Assembly: GCA_012295275.1 (NCBI GenBank)
Contig: CM022677.1
Coordinates: forward strand, 8,866,001-8,930,000
Source of the DNA: Chrysomallon squamiferum
Taxonomy: Eukaryota > Animalia > Mollusca
DNA length: 64,000 nt
Direction: 5' to 3'
Below the pieces are notes generated by a model. That model had not been told where the DNA came from, ran no database searches, and saw only the letters and a list, made by a program, of their open reading frames with translations. Shown one piece after another: positions 56,807 through 64,000 of this stretch. Within the stretch, counting starts at the first letter, position 1, and every line of letters starts with the position of its first letter. The translations under genes were made by a program, and so were the position numbers.

Positions 56807-56908
56807 AATTAAAAGTATTAGCTTACCGAAAAACGTGTAGTACTCGTGTAATAGTTTTTTCTTTTGAAAGTCACTCAAGTTTTTGTTAATTCCAAGTATT
56901 CCGCCCAT
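48950..56908 (-). CDS. Calexcitin / sarcoplasmic calcium-binding protein (EF-hand); exon 2 is disrupted in this sequence
   Basis: Exons 56908-56827 ([27 protein letters not shown]), [52926-52990 corrupted], 52538-52401 (KICEMSGWK...[13 protein letters not shown]), 50431-50299 (...[18 protein letters not shown]), 49698-49601 ([12 protein letters not shown]...), 49069-48950 (...[23 protein letters not shown]). Follows the squid calexcitin pattern (LSDFQ..K, EF loops, C-terminal GN..G.L). Confidence 0.88.
52565..52900. repeat. (CA)n-based minisatellite with recurring caagcatggtgacgcacatatac
   Basis: About 7 visible units in the calexcitin intron. Confidence 0.85.
54939..56125 (-). mobile_element. 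Degenerate Tc1/mariner (Tc1-type) transposon in the first coding-region intron of calexcitin
   Basis: Minus-strand motifs [15 protein letters not shown] (~55495-55448), [15 protein letters not shown] and [20 protein letters not shown] (~55290-55236); imperfect TIRs sharing AAGTTTAGCAG (54952-54962) and CTGCTAAACTT (56101-56111). Confidence 0.88.
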
Positions 56909-57211
56909 CTTTCCTTTCAGATTAAATACTGAAATAATAATAATAAAATTAATAATAATAATAATAATAACATCAATAATAACAACAACAACCACAATTG
57001 CAATGACGATTATGATGATGATGTTAACTATAAAAATGACGACAAAGAAACACAAAAATATACATACAGACAAACATATATAAACACATGCATACCCACA
57101 AACATCCATACCGACACGCCCAAATACACATATGAACATCGAACACGTTATTAAAATACCTCAACTCTCTATCTCTTAATTTTGTAAACAAACAGACACA
57201 GTTAACAAAAA

Positions 57212-57242
<31 letters not shown>

Positions 57243-58032
57243 AACACTCTGCCTTACCGTAACCTCATTTTTCTATCACAGGCGTCAAGAAATATTCAGA
57301 ATCAATACAGGAAATATGCCCAAACAGTGTGTATCAACAGAGTAACTCCATTTGTCCAGACAGTTAATGCTGGGTTATCTTGATGTATATGTATATAGAT
57401 AGATATAACTGTACACGGTTCACATACGGAAACCAAGAACCTGTGTGATTCACTTTAACGTGGCTTTGTAGGGGCAGATCAAAGTTTATGTGTGAAGACA
57501 GAATACTTTTGTTTTTGCTTATAGGAACACAGAATATTAATGCCGATAAACACAGAACATTAGTTAAGTGTGACAAAAAAGAAATTATTTGTGTATCTGA
57601 ATGTTAAGTATGAACATAAATTTGTCTGAGCAAAGATATTTATTTATAAATAAGACTCTTCACAACAACATTCGAACGCGTTTTGAAATTCTTACCTGGA
57701 AAATCAGAAGCTAGAAGATAAATATCTGTAATGTATTTTTAATATGACATATTTGTTAGATGACGTCATTCTATATCACATGATGCAGCAGAGGTGGTTT
57801 TAATCTAAGTTCGATGAAAACTGCAACGGAAAACTATAAGAAAAACAGACCGTGTCTCTCACTCTATCTATGTATCAGTCTATTTATCTGTCACTTTTTA
57901 ACTTATTTTACTAATCTGTCTATCACTCTATATATTATTCTCTGTCTATCTGTCTGTCCTGCTGTCCATCTCTCTACCTGTCATTCTCTCGCTATCTATC
58001 ACTTTGTCTATCTGTGTAGCTGTACATCTATC

Positions 58033-58150
58033 TATTCTATATTTCTCTAACTTTATTATTATTCTATATTTCTCTAACTTTATTATTATTCTGCATTTCT
58101 CTAACTTTATTATTATTCTATATTTCTCTAACTTTATTATTATTCTATAT
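58033..58150. repeat. 27-bp tandem repeat (tattctatatttctctaactttattat), about 4 copies
   Basis: Directly visible. Confidence 0.9.
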
Positions 58151-58312
58151 CTACCTATCTATAACTGTCTATCTATCTGTCTATCTACCTACCTATCTAC
58201 TTATTTGTTCCTGTTTCACTTTCTCGCTGACTTTTCAATTTGTCCTCTGTATAATTTAGTTCTCTATTTCGCTTCCTGTATCATTTTCTCTTTTCCTTTT
58301 TCTCGCTGTATG

Positions 58313-58348
<36 letters not shown>

Positions 58349-58764
58349 TACACACGCATAAACAATACAGAAGTACATATTACAAACACACATACATATA
58401 CTTATTTTCAGCTGAGATGCACTACACACATAATCTTTTAACGTACCCTTTTTACCTAACATCACGTGACAATACATCTATTAGCGCACCTGTTGCACGA
58501 CTTGTTCGAGTGATATTGATTGAGACAATAACCAGCGTATACTTTGACACGCTGAGCCTGCACTCTGCAGTAGACGTCCATAGAACTCAGTAATGATTTT
58601 TCTCTTTTAAAGTTTTTATAATGTTATATATTTATATTTATTTCCAAACGATATTGATCTGTTAGTCCGCATATTTTCTGTTTGAACTGTACATAGCCCA
58701 CACCCACACACATGTATACACATTCACAAAAAGACACATACACAAAAAGACACATACACACACA

Positions 58765-58811
<47 letters not shown>

Positions 58812-59528
58812 GTATGTACGTACGTACGTACGTATGTATATATGTATAGATAGATAGATAGATAGATAAAAATGAATGGGTGTGTGTTATATATTAGCAA
58901 TGACCTCTATGTTGACAACATCCAATGTCCATGATGTCCACCATGTCGACAGCGTCCTCTAAGATCTTCAATTGAATAATTTCTTTTAATTTAATAATAT
59001 GACCTGTTCCGTTAAAATAATGTCATGTTACGTCATATAAAAATAACAATGGTGCAGCAATGCTGTCTTAATCTATTTAAGACAAAAACGAGTTGAAGAG
59101 TAAGAACAATAAGAAAAACAGAAGCCTTCTTTTAGCCTACTTTGACAAAGAATTAATTGGGAAAAGAATCAATTTGGAAATCTATATAAAAGTTTCTATC
59201 ACAGTCAGTTTTTGTTGGTTGTTCAAAAATATAGAAATAATTTATTTAACTTCACTCAGTGAGAAAACCAGTAATGTTGCATATCTTTCTGCCGTTCAAC
59301 GACTTCTTGCTCCAGTGAATTATTCAGTCATTAAAGAGGCTATAAAATCATTGAATCGAGGAGCAGAGTACACAGCTGTCACCGGATAACTACAATTACT
59401 GTGGTGAATGAAATCATTAATTAGCTGTTACACCACGAATAAAACACCAGTTAAATTAATACTAAACGACTTTCAGTTGCCGCCTCCGCCTACAAATAAA
59501 AGAATGTGTGTGGGGGTTGTGTGGGTGT

Positions 59529-59617
<89 letters not shown>

Positions 59618-60253
59618 TGCAGACAAAGACTGACAAAGGGATAAGAGAGATAGACAGACAAATAAAAAAAGTAGTTCAGAAACACTGAAAAAGAAAAGAA
59701 GCAAAAAGTAACAGCGAATGACAGACGAGACAGTGGCACACATAGTCACAAAAGAAATAAGGAAGAAAACGAGAGTAACAGTGTGACCCAGATATAGAGA
59801 GCGACTTATGACGTCATCAAAAGCTTATTACGTAACATATATTTAGTTGCCATGATTCTTGCCAGTCCGTTGACTGTACGAATAATTTATTACTTGGGCT
59901 AATGCCAGGATCGTTAATTATCGGAAATAAACGTAATACAAAACTGGAACATTGCAGAAAGGCATTAGATACAATACATAGTTACGTAATTTTAGACAAA
60001 ATATTATTTTAAAGGAATCGATTAAAAAGCTAACCATGCAAAATAATACCTGAATGTATTTAAATAATAATACCATTATTGATGTTTCTGTTGTTATTAT
60101 TGAAACAACTCTATAATAGCATTTCCTACTAAAACAACAACTGCCACAATTTTTGCAACTGCAGCATCTGCATTAATACAACTGCAATATTAACAACTAC
60201 AACTACAACAACTAAAACAGTGTCTACAACAACTGTTATTACATTTCAACATC

Positions 60254-60361
<108 letters not shown>

Positions 60362-61550
60362 TGCCAGCCTGACATCCATTTAAATTCAAATTATAAAAAG
60401 AAAAAGAATACTTACATCTGCCGAAAAATTCCTTGAGAGCATCCATTATTAGTTTCCAAGTTGTTAACTTCGGTAAACAAAAAGTGTCACTTAAAGCACA
60501 TTTTACAAAATATCAGATATTTTTGTTTTTAAACACTGTAGTGCTTGCCCGTATGTGCACACATCACATGAATAAATCGTAGGTAAAACAGAAAAAACGA
60601 TTTCTATGTATGCGTTTATATACAGCGCAGTAACTGTATTTAATAATCGTATTTATACCACAAACATGTTTAAAAATCTACAAGTGTAATTGAAAAAAAA
60701 AAAACTATACGAAACGATAAATTTCTAATGCTAACAAACAGGGTTTTTCGTCTACCGTGGTTTTCATAATAAAAAATATAAAACCGGTTTGAACTTGTAT
60801 AAGTAACGGTGTCGTGCTCTCGCTGTATCTGCAGTTAGGAAAATAAGAGAACAGTTTATGGGTGTAGTTGGAAGGAATAAATTGATTATTCACTGATACA
60901 CACAGATATATATATATACACAAATAAACAGAATTTAAAAACTCAGACGAAAAGCCCCACGCACATGTACGCTGATATATCTGGTAAAATGAGTTAGAAA
61001 TATTATATCGTTTTGATTTATTGATTTCTACAAACTCTGTGGGTGTATATTCATTATATACAAACATGCATACAATCATACATATACATACATACATACA
61101 TGCATACATACATACATACACGCATACACATGATCATGATAATTATGATGATTATTTAACAAAGAGAGAGAGAGCGTTATAAAAACAAAAAACATTCAAT
61201 CTTTATAGCTCCAGTCTATAGAATAACTCTTTGTGGTAGAATAACAATAACAAAAATAATTTGGACATATGCGGGCTGCTTCTGGGAATATATATATATA
61301 AATTATATAGTTTTAATACATGCTTGTTGCGCTTCATCGAGTATGCTAACATTAATCAATGGACCGATAAAAATACTGACCTCGGGTCATTCGTGAAAGG
61401 CCATAATCAGCACTGTACTCGGGTCAATGTTTGTAAACAATTCTTTGTTATTTTTATTTCTCATACGACCTACTATGTGTCCTTGAATGAATACTCTTGC
61501 GAATATTTCAAACCGGACGATTTGTTTGTATGTATTGTATTGTCCTGAGC

Positions 61551-61647
<97 letters not shown>

Positions 61648-61674
61648 AAATATGTATGTGAAAGTATATGTATA

Positions 61675-61718
<44 letters not shown>

Positions 61719-62165
61719 GCGCGTCTGTATGAACAGAATAAAGATTTGAATTTATTAATTAATAATATTGAAAAATATAATCGATATATTTCAAATTATA
61801 AAATATTTATTCTGCTAAAACAAAATGAATGGCATGAACATCATTAATTATGATAAAACATACGTAAATAAGCGTGTATATAAAAAGAAATACGAAACAA
61901 AAATATACCAGTATAATAAAACAATTATGTATATGTGTGTATGTATCTGTATGTGAGAGTTTGTGGGTATGTGTGTATGACTATGTATGTGATATGAGGG
62001 TGTATGACTGTGTGTATATCTGTCTGTGGGTGTGCTTTTGTACGTTTATCTACGTAAGTCTGAAAATTCGAGAGGCCAACATTCTTGAATGGCATTATGA
62101 TTGAAAGAAAACACTTCAACACTGAAAACATTCACTGTTAACTGATTTCAAACTCTGCTCCACTC

Positions 62166-63770
62166 TCAGTTTGAATTCCCGTCTGCATACACAAACTTGA
62201 TCGCGTCGATAGACACGTTATCTTCAATCACTAGGTGCGTAATGAGGTTCGCGGAGCTGGGTAACGCAAAATCGTAGAGATGTTCACCATCAACTGTGAT
62301 CTGAAATAGTAGTAGTAGTAGTAGTAGTAATAGTAGTAGCAGAAGCAACAGTAGTAGTGGTAGTAGTAGTAATAGTAGAAGCTGTAGTAAGAGTTGCAGA
62401 ACTAGAAGTAATAGTAGTAATAGTCATAATCGTCAGTATTGTTTTTGATATAATAGTTATAACACCGACAATAATAATGATATTGATTCCAAAAATGATT
62501 ATACTGATGATAAACAAACGATCAAAGACAAACACACAAAGAAGGCAAAGTGTACACTGTTATTCTTTTTTCCCTTTTATTTTATTTTATTTTTCACTTT
62601 CTTCTCTGTATCGTTTCAGTTTTATATTTGTGATTACAACACACTCTTTACTACGACTCTAAATTACGCGAAGACAATCTCGTTCTCATCTCTGTATCGT
62701 TTCACTTACATATCTAAGTCTTCTTTGTTACAATTGATTCTTTAATATTACTTAATACTGTAATAGCCTTTCAGTTTTCATCAGGGACTGTACAGCTTCT
62801 TTATTATGTAATGTTACGTAACACTTTAACGTCTTTTCCATATCTGTATTTGGAATTATAACAGCTTCTTTATTAAGTAATGTTACGTAACACTTTAACG
62901 TCTTTTCCGTATCTGTATTTGGAATTATAACAGCTTCTTTATTAAGTAATGTTACGACGTATCTGTATTTGGAAGTTACCTGTAATATCACTTTTCCTTT
63001 CGTATCTGTATTTGGAATTATAAATCACAATCCGTAACACTTTAAAGTACCTGTATTTGGAATTATAGCAGCTTCTTTATTACGACAGTCAGTTACCTGT
63101 AACATCTTTCCTTTCAGTGAAATCACAATCTGGAAAGACCCGCCTGGAGAGAACAGAAACCGCTTCACTGTAACTTCTGTGCTCCAGTCGTCATCGACTG
63201 TCCAGTTGAACGACACCCGGTTACCTTTGAGACTGAACTTCACGATCATGTGCATGTAGTAGACAGTCCCATGCTTGAAATTGATGAAAAATCTGAAACA
63301 GAAATAAACCCGCATAATGATCATGACAACAAAAGGAACAAACTGGAAAGCTACTGATAATGAAAATACTAATTTAAGGTTAAGCTGCTGATAATGAAAA
63401 TACTAATTTAATGTTAAACTGCTGATAATGAAAATACTAATTTAAGGTTAAGGTTGAAAAAAATTTCTGATGATAATGAAAATACTAATTTAATGTTAAA
63501 CTGCTAATAATGAAAATACTAATTTAAGGTTAAACTGCTGATAATGATAATTGAGGTTAAAGATGACAGTGATAAAGAAAATGCTAATTTAAGGTTAAAC
63601 TTCTGATAATAAAAATACTAATTTAAGGTTAAGTGCTGATAATGAAGATGATAATGATCTAACAAATAAATAAGAATACTCTGCACGACTACTGATATGA
63701 TTATGATAATTGATTATAAAAAAAATATTAGTCATAATAATAATAAGAATAAGAATAATAATAATAATAA

Positions 63771-63801
<31 letters not shown>

Positions 63802-64000
63802 AAGAAGAAGAAGAAGAAGAAAAAAGAAAAATCAATCAATCAGTCAATAAACAAACGAACAAATTAACAAACAAATAAATATAAATAAAAAAAAAAAAAA
63901 AAAAAATACATAATCAAACAAACAAATAAAAAAAATAAACAAACGAACAAATAAATAAATTAATATAAAAATCTCACTCTGAGTTAACGTCGCCAGCTAT
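62166..64000 (-). CDS. Galectin-like protein, 3' exons (gene continues beyond the window)
   Basis: Exon 63292-63097 FFINFKHGTVYYMHMIVKFSLKGNRVSFNWTVDDDWSTEVTVKRFLFSPGGSFQIVISLKGKMLQ and exon 62300-62166 ITVDGEHLYDFALPSSANLITHLVIEDNVSIDAIKFVYADGNSN*; probable upstream exon end 64000-63978 (IAGDVNS, GTGAG donor, phase 2). Galectin fold pattern F.INF, W..E, F.PG..F.I.I, I.VDG.H...F, I..L.I...V.I. Confidence 0.8.
62790..63100. repeat. Intronic tandem repeat of ~69 bp (acagcttctttattaagtaatgttacgtaacactttaacgtcttttcc(g/a)tatctgtatttggaattata)
   Basis: 3-4 imperfect copies; includes a copy of the galectin exon end and splice donor at ~62973-63001. Confidence 0.8.
63353..63650. repeat. ~34-bp intronic tandem repeat (gctgataatgaaaatactaatttaaggttaaact)
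   Basis: About 7 imperfect copies directly visible. Confidence 0.85.

Overview
AT-rich, microsatellite-dense eukaryotic (invertebrate animal, probably molluscan/lophotrochozoan - inference) genomic DNA. Most of the supplied ORF track is microsatellite noise; the real genes are spliced and were assembled by hand from GT/AG junctions and frame continuity. From left to right: a decayed Ty3/Gypsy retrotransposon (1-3750, -) ending in a 23-bp minisatellite; an interstitial TTAGGG block embedded in a higher-order repeat (~10.6-12.7 kb); a small TNF-receptor-superfamily gene almost absent from the ORF track (signal-peptide exon 20337-20251 and cysteine-rich exon 19696-19396, -) with no visible cytoplasmic signalling domain, plus a dead copy of its first coding exon; a complete 16-exon SLC5 sodium:solute symporter (31407-22753, -); a divergently transcribed 18-coding-exon, ~925-aa protein with RNI-like LRRs and an unexpected C-terminal RRM (35569-45353, +); a calexcitin/SCP-type EF-hand gene (56908-48950, -) whose exon 2 is corrupted by (TG)n; and the 3' end of a non-canonical galectin (64000-62166, -). 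Two pogo/Tigger-type elements and one Tc1 relic sit in introns. The best novelty candidates are the LRR+RRM protein and the putative soluble or membrane-tethered decoy TNFR.
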